Made by a program: the position numbers and the translations under genes
In this document: in pieces, positions 1 to 8,828 of the stretch
Layout of the letters: each line of letters opens with the position of its first letter
How positions within the stretch are numbered: position 1 is the stretch's first letter
Assembly: GCA_011364925.1 (NCBI GenBank)
Contig: RDOA01000061.1
Location: forward strand, 1-18,631
Source of the DNA: Promethearchaeota archaeon
GTDB lineage: Archaea > Asgardarchaeota > Lokiarchaeia > Sigyniarchaeales > SOKP01
DNA length: 18,631 bases
Direction: 5' to 3'
The notes under the pieces: generated by a model
The model's database searches: none
The model's input: the letters and a program-made list of their open reading frames with translations, nothing else
What the model was told of the DNA's origin: nothing

Positions 1-2
1 GT

Positions 3-407
3 CCAATTCATGCTGAAATGGGAACCCAGAAATGGTATATAGAAAATGCTCCTTCTAATTCTGATATTATGATTAAAAGTTTGATTCAATATTTAGATGA
101 TATATCAATTTTTTATTATCGTCCATATGATCATATCCCCGCATTAAGGTTAGAGGTTTCAGCCAGTGTAGCTAATAGCAGGAATAGATTGTCGGTACTC
201 TTAGAATCTGTGAAATCACAATGTAGTGTTCCAGGACTTTTGGAACCTTTTCCTTTGTATTTAGCTGATAGAATGGTAAAACATTTAAGAACTGCATTAC
301 CAGCAGTAAGGAAAACAACTACTCAGGAAATGAGTCAAAACTGGGAGGGAAAATATTCAGATTTGTATTTTGCAATGCATGGTTATAGAACTGAATGGGG
401 TAAATAG
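3..407 (+). CDS. nurA: NurA-like 5'-3' nuclease, C-terminal part (5'-truncated by the window edge)
   Basis: The frame is open from position 3 (PIHAE-MGTQ...), so the ATG at 18 is probably internal. The C-terminal motif RLEV...PGLLEPFPLYLADRMVK resembles the NurA-family 'R.E...GYPYPL..A(H/D)..(A/V)K' segment. The stop is 9 nt before a HerA-like gene. Confidence 0.7.
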   Translation, partial: PIHAEMGTQKWYIENAPSNSDIMIKSLIQYLDDISIFYYRPYDHIPALRLEVSASVANSRNRLSVLLESVKSQCSVPGLLEPFPLYLADRMVKHLRTALPAVRKTTTQEMSQNWEGKYSDLYFAMHGYRTEWGK

Positions 408-416
408 TGTGAAATT

Positions 417-2135
417 ATGACTAGTATAGAAGAAAATTTTGAAAAAGCTGAAAATATTGGAGTAATTGGTTCTCCTTCTTCCACAAATGAATTAACTGTT
501 GATGTATTGGGAACTGCTGTGGATAAGGGTTTGGTAGGCAAATTTAGTCTTTTCAACTACATTCAAGACGGAATGAGTCATTACGCACTTGGACAAATTA
601 CTGAGATATTAATGCAAAATATATGGACTCAAGATGCTACAATGAGAGGTATTATTCGCCAGAAGGGAAGAGTTGATCCTATTACTGAAAAACAAGATAT
701 CCATACAGCTAAAATGGTCGTAAGTTCTGTATTTGCTAATAACCATGATAAAATTGAACCTAGTATTTTTGGGACAGTGCCTTCAACGGGAACACATATT
801 AGAATGTTTGATGAAAGGATAATGAATGCTTTATTAGCAGATTACAAGGAAGAGTTATTCTACTTGGGTAAGACTTATGGAACAAACATCAATCTGCCAA
901 TGTGGTTAAAACATTTTGGTCAAGATAAGTTTGGTTTAGGAGAAGCTTATCATATAGGAATTTTTGGAAAGACCGGTTCGGGAAAATCTGTATTAGCCAA
1001 GATGATGATTACCGGTTATTTACGCCATAAAAGTATGTCAATATATATTTTAGATCCACAAGGAGAATTTTCTACTGAATTTAAATCCAATTTGAAATTG
1101 AAATCCATAATAATTAATGACCTAAAACGCGAAATCGATATCATCACATTACAAAACATTACTTTTGACTATAGTGAGATTCTTTTCAGAAAGTTATTAA
1201 ATACTACAGATTTTTTTGATAAACTTTCAATATGGTATAATGATCATAAAGTTAGGTTTATGAACGAATTTATTTCAATTCTCAAAGATAAAAATACCTT
1301 AGATGGCCCAATATCTTACTGGAACTATTATAAGAGAGAGTCTTTTGATAGAATTTGGAATCAAATTTCTACTGAAAAATTTTTACAAAAAACAATTGGA
1401 ACTAAGGGTCCGAGAGATCGAGTAAAAAGTAGTTGGCAAAATCTTGATCCAAACGAAATGTATTCCATCTGGGCAGGTATAACTAGCTTGTTCAGATATA
1501 GAAATGGGAGTATTAAAATCTCGGATTTATTTAAGAAAATCTCTGTAAAAGGAGCATTTGTAATAATTGACTTATCAGAGAGAGAAAAACCAAAAGATAT
1601 CATCTGGAATGATGAAATTCGTCTTATTGCTATCCAACAGATATTAAGTAAAATTAATGACCAAGCTGAGGAAAAGTTTAGGGAAGGCGGAAATTTAAAT
1701 TCTTTAGTCATTGTTGACGAAGCTCATAGATTAGCTCCAAGGGAAAAAGCGGATGATGAAGAAATTGAATTAATAAAAACTATCTTCATAGATGCTATAA
1801 GAACTACTAGAAAGTATGGTTTAGGGTGGATGTTCATTAGCCAAACGCTTTCAAGTTTACATAGAGAAATCCTAAATCAAATTAGAATTTTTATATTCGG
1901 ATTCGGATTAGCATGGGGTCTTGAACGTCAAGCTCTATGGGAGATAATTGGTGGAGCTACAGAAGCAATTAGATTATATCAGAATTTTAGAGACCCTGAA
2001 AGCGGTTTGATCAAGAAAGAATTCCCTTTTATGACAATTGGTCCGATTTCTCCGCTATCTTTTTCAGGTACGCCTCTTTTTTTCAATGCTTTAGACTATA
2101 AAGACCAATTTTTTAAAATCAATTTTGACAAATAG
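417..2135 (+). CDS. herA: HerA/FtsK-superfamily ATPase (DUF87/HerA helicase-like) with an N-terminal HAS-barrel-like region
   Basis: Walker A HIGIFGKTGSGKS, HerA motif YILDPQGEF, Walker B LVIVDEAHRLAP and arginine-finger region RKYGLGWMFISQ. The beta-rich N-terminus (IGVIGSPS...ALGQITEI) is typical of a HAS barrel. Confidence 0.85.
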   Translation: MTSIEENFEKAENIGVIGSPSSTNELTVDVLGTAVDKGLVGKFSLFNYIQDGMSHYALGQITEILMQNIWTQDATMRGIIRQKGRVDPITEKQDIHTAKMVVSSVFANNHDKIEPSIFGTVPSTGTHIRMFDERIMNALLADYKEELFYLGKTYGTNINLPMWLKHFGQDKFGLGEAYHIGIFGKTGSGKSVLAKMMITGYLRHKSMSIYILDPQGEFSTEFKSNLKLKSIIINDLKREIDIITLQNITFDYSEILFRKLLNTTDFFDKLSIWYNDHKVRFMNEFISILKDKNTLDGPISYWNYYKRESFDRIWNQISTEKFLQKTIGTKGPRDRVKSSWQNLDPNEMYSIWAGITSLFRYRNGSIKISDLFKKISVKGAFVIIDLSEREKPKDIIWNDEIRLIAIQQILSKINDQAEEKFREGGNLNSLVIVDEAHRLAPREKADDEEIELIKTIFIDAIRTTRKYGLGWMFISQTLSSLHREILNQIRIFIFGFGLAWGLERQALWEIIGGATEAIRLYQNFRDPESGLIKKEFPFMTIGPISPLSFSGTPLFFNALDYKDQFFKINFDK

Positions 2136-2187
2136 AGATTAAGCAAGAAGGAGTTATTCAATATTAGAATTATTTCAAAAATTTATC

Positions 2188-3492
2188 TCAATCTTGAGAA
2201 GTATTCATACTATTAATTTTCTCGTTGGTTAATTTATCAATACCTAAGATTTTGGTAAATAAGACTCCTATTGTTGTTATAACACCCATTAAAATGACAC
2301 ACAACCAAAAAAAGAGGTAAATACCTAATAAATCGGCGAAGAAACCCGAAAGAATCATTCCTACAGGAGTCACAGCGCTGGTAATAACAATAAGTATTGA
2401 CATCGCTCTTCCTTGTTTTCTTGGGGGTATAAGCGTCTGAATTAATGTCATAAGCAGTGAATTAATAATGGCGGAACCGAATCCTAAAATTGCAGGACCT
2501 ACGCTGAGAAGTAAAAATGCGCCTTCGGGAGCGAGTAGATAAAAAAATACCCCTAATAATTGGAAATACATTATTTGAATCATTGTAAGAACGTACTTAT
2601 TCCACTTTTTTTTAATCATCACCAGTATTGCTCCTGCAACAATACCGATTTCGTAAAAAGCCATAACAAGTGCTAAATCTAATGAAGTTCCAGAACGGGT
2701 AACAATGATATAGTAATAAACCAATGTATAAAATGGAATACTGAAAAAACTAATGCCGGCAAACACGAGTAGTAAGGAAATCAATCCTTCAACTTTCCTG
2801 AATGCTAGTAAGCCTTCCTTGAAATCTTTCACAAACTTTGATTTCTTCTTTCTTTTCCTTTTATCGACTGGAAGTTTTAAGAAAATCGAAGGGACTAAAG
2901 CGATTGAGAAGGTGATAATATCAATCCAAAGAACTTGTCTTATGTTTAAGAAAGTCATTAGGAACGAAGCGATTATAGGAGAAATGATATTGAGCAAGCC
3001 CATTAATAAAAAAGCAGTGGAATTAATCTTTGAGAGATATTTTTGAGGAACCATAAACGGGATAATTGCCGATAATGCTGGTTGATGGAACGCCTGACCA
3101 ATTCCTCTAAGCACAATTAATATTAATATTGCAACTAAGCTAATGGCGTGGATATAAAACAGTATAATTATTACCAAAGTAAATATCGCTTGGGAAAGAT
3201 CTGAAATGATTACTATCTTCTTTTTGTTCCATCGATCGGCATAAACACCAGTAAATGGAATTAATATAATAACGGGAGCAAAACTAAGGAAAGATGTGAT
3301 CGACAGGATAGGCGCGCTTTCAGTTTCGAGAGTAATCCATAAGATTATTGAAAACATTACGATCGAAGAACCGAAAAGCGATACCAACTGACCAATTAAT
3401 AGAAAAATAAAGCTTACAAATTTTTCTCGTTCCGTAGGAGGCTTTTCGGAAGGTGCGTGAATGTTGGCCTTATTAAGGTCATTTCCCTCCAT
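2188..3492 (-). CDS. MFS transporter, MefA/DHA3 (macrolide-efflux-like) family
   Basis: About 12 hydrophobic segments, N-terminal GQLVSLFGSSIV, MFS motif A GVYADRWNKKK, and QTLIPPRKQGR in the second half. Confidence 0.88.
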   Translation of the reverse strand: MEGNDLNKANIHAPSEKPPTEREKFVSFIFLLIGQLVSLFGSSIVMFSIILWITLETESAPILSITSFLSFAPVIILIPFTGVYADRWNKKKIVIISDLSQAIFTLVIIILFYIHAISLVAILILIVLRGIGQAFHQPALSAIIPFMVPQKYLSKINSTAFLLMGLLNIISPIIASFLMTFLNIRQVLWIDIITFSIALVPSIFLKLPVDKRKRKKKSKFVKDFKEGLLAFRKVEGLISLLLVFAGISFFSIPFYTLVYYYIIVTRSGTSLDLALVMAFYEIGIVAGAILVMIKKKWNKYVLTMIQIMYFQLLGVFFYLLAPEGAFLLLSVGPAILGFGSAIINSLLMTLIQTLIPPRKQGRAMSILIVITSAVTPVGMILSGFFADLLGIYLFFWLCVILMGVITTIGVLFTKILGIDKLTNEKINSMNTSQD

Positions 3493-3512
3493 ATTTCTTT
3501 AAATAGTTAGCC

Positions 3513-3527
3513 TTATAAAAATCTTTA
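3513..3527 (-). promoter_or_regulatory. Archaeal-type BRE/TATA promoter for a leaderless MFS transcript
   Basis: The minus strand reads aaagatt-TTTATAA-gg. The TATA lies 21-27 nt upstream of the ATG at 3492 and no SD precedes the ATG. Confidence 0.55.
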
Positions 3528-3574
3528 GTTTACCCTTTACATCCATAGGTATAATGAAATTATATTATTAAATG

Positions 3575-3582
3575 AAAAAAAA
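3575..3582 (-). terminator. Putative oligo-T (archaeal-type) terminator
   Basis: T8 on the minus strand about 35 nt downstream of the stop of 3617..4303. Confidence 0.35.
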
Positions 3583-3616
3583 GCTAATATTTAATCAGAT
3601 AAGATTTAGTATAAAC

Positions 3617-4303
3617 TTAAGCAGCAGGTTCTTCGACATCTACTTCCAATTCGCTTAAAAGTTTATCTATTTTATTTGATTTTTTACTTATATTAAGTAT
3701 TGTGCTTAAATGAGCAATGTTGTTTTCTCCATAAATTAACGTAATAGTTCCCGCTCTTAATAAGGCATATTCGACTAAATCGGGAATTTCTTTTTTAATT
3801 CTTAATCCACGAGTTGGATATCTTTCAGCTTTAACGAAAATTCCAGTTCTATGATAAATCTCATTTCGTTCCAAACGCCAATAATCAAATCTTACTCCAA
3901 TAAACGCAGAAGCTAATACGATTCCCAGCATTATTGACATTATCATATAAAATTCTACTGTCATTCCAATGTTAAATTCAAAATTTTGGAAGTGCTCCCA
4001 AAATATTGTTAAGGTTAGAGGTATTACAAGAAAAAACACTAGTAGAACGCAAATAACTATAATTAAAGCAATTACAACTAACTTAACTGAAGAAAAATCA
4101 AAAGCAACTGCTAATAGGTCAATGAAAAATACTAAAGTCCATATAAATCCCAATCCAGCTAAAGGTTTTCCAGGTTCTCCAAAAACTGCCTCTATTATCC
4201 AGAGGATAATTGATGTAATAAATAAAGGGTATAGAAATATCGCTTTAGAGTAATTTCTTAGATAGATTAAGTTTTTACTCTTTTTTTTTTTATTATTGTT
4301 CAT
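3617..4303 (-). CDS. Hypothetical membrane protein: 4 TM helices plus a C-terminal soluble beta-rich (possibly bacterial PH-like) domain
   Basis: Four long hydrophobic stretches, then DYWRLERNEIYHRTGIF...AGTITLIY, a pattern reminiscent of YdbS/bPH domains (Y.l...l...G.......G.i.i). It lies co-oriented just downstream of clpB. Confidence 0.65.
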   Translation of the reverse strand: MNNNKKKKSKNLIYLRNYSKAIFLYPLFITSIILWIIEAVFGEPGKPLAGLGFIWTLVFFIDLLAVAFDFSSVKLVVIALIIVICVLLVFFLVIPLTLTIFWEHFQNFEFNIGMTVEFYMIMSIMLGIVLASAFIGVRFDYWRLERNEIYHRTGIFVKAERYPTRGLRIKKEIPDLVEYALLRAGTITLIYGENNIAHLSTILNISKKSNKIDKLLSELEVDVEEPAA

Positions 4304-4411
4304 AGATATTACTTCTTTGATCTTTCTAAAAACATATTTGTGTTATTATTTGTGTTCTTAGAATATTAAATCTGGTATTATAATATTAAGTCCAAAAGTT
4401 TTTTAAAATAT

Positions 4412-7021
4412 TTAATTATCTAATTGCCCTGCTTTCTCAAACTTTATTTTATTTTTATTATCCATCGAAACTCTGATGATATCTCCTTCCAAGAAGTTAC
4501 CCTCTAATAATTCAAGGGATAAAGGATTCTGGATGTAATTCTGAATTGCTCTTTTCAAGGGACGAGCACCGAAATCTGGATCAAATCCTTTTTCCGCAAG
4601 GAACTCTTTCGTTTTTTCTGTGAGTTCTAATTTAATCTTGTGCTCAGCAAGGGTTTTATTTAGCTGTTTTATCTGAATATCAACAATATCCTTAATCTGT
4701 TCTTGTTTTAGGAAATTAAATATGACAATCTCGTCAATTCGATTTAAAAATTCGGGTTTAAAGTATTGCTTTAATACGTTTTGAAGCATTTCTGTGTTCT
4801 TCTCTTCATCTTGACTTCTTGATTCTAAAATGAATTGGCTACCAACATTGCTCGTCATAATTATTATTGTATTCTTGAAATCGACAGTTCTACCTTGTCC
4901 GTCTGTGAGACGCCCATCATCTAAGATCTGTAAGAGGATATTAAACACGTCAGCGTGCGCTTTTTCAATCTCGTCAAATAATAACACGGAATATGGTCTT
5001 CTCCTTACGGCTTCAGTGAGATATCCTCCTTCTTCGTAACCAACATATCCTGGAGGTGCTCCGATTAGGCGTGCTACGCTATGTCTTTCCATGAATTCTG
5101 ACATATCTATTCTAACCATGGCATTTTCGTTATCAAAGAGAAATTCCGCTAAAGCTTTAGCAGTTTCTGTTTTTCCAACTCCCGTAGGTCCCATAAAGAT
5201 AAAGGATCCAATAGGTCTATTTGGATCTTGTATACCTGCCCTAGCCCGCCTAATTGCGTTTGATATTTTTTCTAACGCTTGGTCCTGTCCGATCACCCGC
5301 TCCTTTAATCGATTTTCCATCTTTAATAACTTTTCGCGTTCACCCTCAAGCATTCTTGAGACGGGAATACCTGTCCATTGAGAGATAATTTTTGCGATAT
5401 CTTCGTCATCGACTTCTTGTTTCAGCATAGTTTTATTTTTTTGGATATTGGCAAGATTGGTATTATTCTCTTCTAGATCTTTCTTTAATTGATTTAAGAC
5501 TCCATAAGTAAGTTCTGCTGCTTTTCCTAAATCTCCCCGTTTTTCTGCTTTTTCGGCCTCTAATTTTGTTTGTTCCATCTGTTTTTTGATTTCGTTGATT
5601 TTTGTTATAATATCTTTCTCATTTTTCCATTGGATCTTGAGTTTATCGCTTTCTTCTTGTAAATTGTGTAACTCCTCGTCAAGTTTCTTCATTTTCTCTT
5701 GAATTGATTTATCGCTTTCTTTTTTTAACGCTTCCTTTTGAATCTCCAATTGAATTATTTTCCTTTCGATTTCGTCTATCTCTGTGGGCATACTATCAAT
5801 TTCTATTCTTAATCTCGAGGCAGCTTCATCCATTAGATCGATCGCTTTGTCCGGTAGAAACCTATCTGCAATGTAGCGATGAGATAATGTTACCGCCGCT
5901 ATAATCGCAGAATCAGTGATTCGAACTCCATGATGGATTTCGTACTTTTCTTTTAAACCTCGTAAAATTGCGATTGAATCCTCCACGCTAGGTTCTGCGA
6001 TGAAAACAGTTTGAAATCTTCGAGTTAATGCAGCATCCTTTTCGATGTATTTACGATATTCGTCTAAGGTTGTCGCTCCAATTGCTCTTAATTCGCCTCG
6101 AGCAAGCGCTGGTTTTAGCATGTTAGAAGCGTCAATTGCCCCTTGAGCGGCTCCCGCCCCAACTAGCGTATGCAACTCATCAATAAACAATATGTATTTT
6201 CCGGCTCCTTTTTCAATTTCTTTAATGAAAGCTTTCAATCTGTCCTCAAATTCACCGCGATATTTAGCTCCAGCAATCATGGCTGCTAAATCTAAGGCAA
6301 CTAAATCTTTATCTTTCAATGCCCCTGGTACATCGTTATTTGCTATTCGCTGAGCTAGGCCCTCGACTATTGCGGTTTTACCTACGCCAGCTTCTCCAAT
6401 TAAAACGGGGTTATTCTTAGTTCTGCGCGATAATATGTGCATCACACGCCGAATCTCGTCGTCTCTTCCTATAACAGGATCGATTTTTCCACGTCGCGCT
6501 AAATCTGTGAGATTTCTGCTATATTTCTGTATGGCTTGGTATTTACCTTCAGGATCTTGGTCGGTAACCGTTTGACTACCGCGAATACTCGCTAAAGCTT
6601 GCATAATTCTATCTTTTGTTATTCCATATTTGTTCATAATGTCCTTTATTGGTCTCGAATCCATCTGAGTAAAAGCAAGAATTAAGTGTTCTGTGCTTAA
6701 AAATTGATCTCGTAGCGTGTCTGCTTCCTTCCACGCAAGATTAAAAAGGTTGCTAGAGTTTGAACTTAGCACTGCTTCTGTCGCCCCGGCTCCTCTCACT
6801 TTTGGAAGTCTTTCTAATTCAGACTTTAAATCGCTGGATAACTGGTCTATATTCAATCCTAATTTTTGGTAAAGTGGTGTTGTAATTCCATCTTCCTGGT
6901 CAATTAAACTAATTAATAAATGTATTGGTTCGATTTGTTGATTGTCATTATTTTGAGCTAACGAGCGAGCAGCTATCAAGGCTTCTTGAACTTTTATGGT
7001 GAACTTATCAAATTTCATCAT
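4412..7021 (-). CDS. clpB: ATP-dependent chaperone/disaggregase ClpB (Hsp100)
   Basis: Clp N-domain (MKFDKFT...), NBD1 with [20 protein letters not shown] and [13 protein letters not shown], a long coiled-coil M domain, and NBD2 with [31 protein letters not shown] and FGARPLKR. Length 869 aa. Confidence 0.97.
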   Translation of the reverse strand: MMKFDKFTIKVQEALIAARSLAQNNDNQQIEPIHLLISLIDQEDGITTPLYQKLGLNIDQLSSDLKSELERLPKVRGAGATEAVLSSNSSNLFNLAWKEADTLRDQFLSTEHLILAFTQMDSRPIKDIMNKYGITKDRIMQALASIRGSQTVTDQDPEGKYQAIQKYSRNLTDLARRGKIDPVIGRDDEIRRVMHILSRRTKNNPVLIGEAGVGKTAIVEGLAQRIANNDVPGALKDKDLVALDLAAMIAGAKYRGEFEDRLKAFIKEIEKGAGKYILFIDELHTLVGAGAAQGAIDASNMLKPALARGELRAIGATTLDEYRKYIEKDAALTRRFQTVFIAEPSVEDSIAILRGLKEKYEIHHGVRITDSAIIAAVTLSHRYIADRFLPDKAIDLMDEAASRLRIEIDSMPTEIDEIERKIIQLEIQKEALKKESDKSIQEKMKKLDEELHNLQEESDKLKIQWKNEKDIITKINEIKKQMEQTKLEAEKAEKRGDLGKAAELTYGVLNQLKKDLEENNTNLANIQKNKTMLKQEVDDEDIAKIISQWTGIPVSRMLEGEREKLLKMENRLKERVIGQDQALEKISNAIRRARAGIQDPNRPIGSFIFMGPTGVGKTETAKALAEFLFDNENAMVRIDMSEFMERHSVARLIGAPPGYVGYEEGGYLTEAVRRRPYSVLLFDEIEKAHADVFNILLQILDDGRLTDGQGRTVDFKNTIIIMTSNVGSQFILESRSQDEEKNTEMLQNVLKQYFKPEFLNRIDEIVIFNFLKQEQIKDIVDIQIKQLNKTLAEHKIKLELTEKTKEFLAEKGFDPDFGARPLKRAIQNYIQNPLSLELLEGNFLEGDIIRVSMDNKNKIKFEKAGQLDN

Positions 7022-7027
7022 TTAAAA

Positions 7028-7032
7028 TCACC
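7028..7032 (-). promoter_or_regulatory. GGTGA Shine-Dalgarno of clpB
   Basis: The minus strand reads gGGTGAttttaaa-ATG region, placing GGTGA 6 nt before the ATG at 7021. GGTGA is the usual archaeal SD core. Confidence 0.65.
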
Positions 7033-7036
7033 CAAG

Positions 7037-7054
7037 ATTACAAAACCTTGTAAT
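7037..7054. repeat. Perfect inverted repeat ATTACAA-N4-TTGTAAT upstream of clpB (candidate operator)
   Basis: Read directly as attacaa aacc ttgtaat, between AT-rich TATA-like sequence (about 7062-7081) and the clpB SD. Confidence 0.5.
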
Positions 7055-7081
7055 TTTAAGTAAATAAAATTTCCTTATATT

Positions 7082-7978
7082 TTATTCCTTGCCTAATAAT
7101 CTATTAATTATATAGCTGATCCATAACCCTGGTTTTTTTGGGGTATCAAAATCTATCCACGCTGATTTCATGTAAGATATATCAGCTTGCCAGTATCCGT
7201 CTTTTCGTTGTTTCTTCCTCAGAATTTTTAAGGCATCGTTACAACGCTTATCTTCCATAAGCCCATTATCTTTGAGTAGTGATAAAATTTCTACTACATT
7301 TGATTTGTAGGTGTACGGATAGAAATTTTGGACGATGGAGTCTTCAATAGGCTCTCCCGTAGATAATTTCTTATAAACGCTATGTTTAAGAATATATTCT
7401 AAACCTTGTCTAAGCTTTATATCAAGTTTTTTTGGACTCTCAAATCGTTTTTTATATTCAGTAAGGGCAATCATTGACTTTATAACGCCATAATAGCATG
7501 GAACTGTTTTCATACAACCTCCAAACCTCGTGTAGAGATCTTTTCCAGGCCACTTGGATTCTATTCCTCTCTCAACAGATTGATATTCTATTATCCAGTT
7601 AATTCCAGAGTCGATCCTCGCTTTATCGTCATATTGCATCTTAATAAGTATTGTCGTAATCAAGGCATTATGGCACGCAAGTAGATGATCTTGCTCTCCT
7701 TCCAGTGCAAAGCCTTCTTGAATGTAAGATTTATCTACAAGAAGTTCAATCCATGTTTGAACTTTTTCTAGAGTGTGAGTAAAGGGAATTTCGGAGATCT
7801 CTAACAATCGCCATAAGTAGTTACGGAGACCAACGAAAGTGTTAGGTTTCCGTTCAGGAGTATCTAAAAGTTTGGGTAAAAGTTCAGATTGTTCAAGCAT
7901 TTTCTGAGCTTCACTAATAGTGATCCCATCTCCTCGTTCATAAGACTTTTTCAGCGATAATGCAGAATCCTCTTTCAT
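7082..7978 (-). CDS. Hypothetical alpha/alpha-toroid (prenyltransferase/terpene-cyclase-like repeat) protein
   Basis: Helical protein with QW-like repeats (GINWIIEYQ; LKILRKKQRKDGYW), PCYYGVIK and C-terminal KPGLWIS. No DxDD class II cyclase motif is present. Confidence 0.55.
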   Translation of the reverse strand: MKEDSALSLKKSYERGDGITISEAQKMLEQSELLPKLLDTPERKPNTFVGLRNYLWRLLEISEIPFTHTLEKVQTWIELLVDKSYIQEGFALEGEQDHLLACHNALITTILIKMQYDDKARIDSGINWIIEYQSVERGIESKWPGKDLYTRFGGCMKTVPCYYGVIKSMIALTEYKKRFESPKKLDIKLRQGLEYILKHSVYKKLSTGEPIEDSIVQNFYPYTYKSNVVEILSLLKDNGLMEDKRCNDALKILRKKQRKDGYWQADISYMKSAWIDFDTPKKPGLWISYIINRLLGKE

Positions 7979-8081
7979 AGTATAACAGATTACTTTGGTA
8001 TCAAATAAATAAATCTATAATATAAAATTAAATCGTTCGTTTATAATATCCAAACAATCCTCAATATGGAGTAAATTTCTA

Positions 8082-8765
8082 TTGACACCTAAAAAAAGAA
8101 AATCATTTCTTGATAAAAAGAAGAAATGTATTTTTGAGCCTCGAACGCTATGGAGAATAGCCAAGATGGCAACAGGGCACCCTACAAAAGAAGCTTTCGA
8201 TATAATAATTAAAAATTTAGATAAAGCTTATCCAGGTTATATAGAAACGAAACAAAATTGGATTTTTAATAACGCAGGTGGAGCTATGGGGCAAATGACA
8301 GTACTCCATGGGTCGTTGCGAGAATATATACTGTTATTCGGTACAAATCAAGGCACTGATGGACATTCAGGGAGATATAAGGCAGACGTATTTGATTTTA
8401 TCTTCAAAGGAGAAATGCTATGTGAATACGAAGGACAGTTCGAACGTAAAGTTCATAAACCTGGTTCTGCAGCTTATTTGCCCTCCAGTATGGTTAAACA
8501 TTATTGTATAAAAGACGAAGCTTGGATGCTAGAGTATGCTCGCGGTAATATCGTTTCAATGCTCCCATTTGGATTCGCAGATTCCTTATTAAGCACCCTT
8601 GATTACATTCCAGTTATGCGTACCATATGGCATTACGGTCGCTTAGTCGTTAGAAACCTATTTAAAAGAGGGAAAGACATTGGAATCGTGATTAAATGGA
8701 TTCTAATTATAGGAATAGGTATTTGGTTTGTCTTTTACGGAATTCCTTGGATTGCTAGAATATAA
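8082..8765 (+). CDS. ERG2/sigma-1 receptor family protein (sterol C8-C7 isomerase-like cupin) with a C-terminal TM helix
   Basis: WIFNNAGGAMGQMTVLHGSLREYILLFGT...GHSGRY...WMLEYARG...MLPFGFADSLLSTLDY matches, as recalled, yeast Erg2 (WVFNNAGGAMGQM..LHAS..EYLILFGT; MLPFGFLD...STLD) and human SIGMAR1 (GHSGRY; WMVEYGRG). TTG start with GGAG upstream. Confidence 0.92.
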   Translation: MTPKKRKSFLDKKKKCIFEPRTLWRIAKMATGHPTKEAFDIIIKNLDKAYPGYIETKQNWIFNNAGGAMGQMTVLHGSLREYILLFGTNQGTDGHSGRYKADVFDFIFKGEMLCEYEGQFERKVHKPGSAAYLPSSMVKHYCIKDEAWMLEYARGNIVSMLPFGFADSLLSTLDYIPVMRTIWHYGRLVVRNLFKRGKDIGIVIKWILIIGIGIWFVFYGIPWIARI

Positions 8766-8828
8766 TAATTAGTGTAGAGAAGTCAATTTGGGTTTTAATT
8801 TTGTTTTTGAGCACTTAGTTTTCAAAAC

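Noticed and set aside
1361-1711. 116-aa minus-strand ORF
   Set aside because: Entirely antisense to the HerA-like CDS with no motifs; a shadow ORF.
2753-4253. Plus-strand ORFs 2753..3046 and 3969..4253
   Set aside because: Antisense shadows of hydrophobic membrane-protein genes, with the typical K/N/T/I-rich composition.
4830-5904. Plus-strand ORFs 4830..5039, 5091..5381 and 5704..5904
   Set aside because: Antisense to the highly conserved clpB.
8308-8511. 67-aa alternative-frame ORF within the ERG2-like gene
   Set aside because: The main frame carries continuous family motifs, so there is no sign of a frameshift or a second product.
7082-8765. Complete sterol biosynthesis cluster
   Set aside because: The neighbouring toroid protein is only 298 aa and lacks the DxDD/DCTAE catalytic motif. 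No squalene epoxidase, CYP51 or sterol reductase is in the window.
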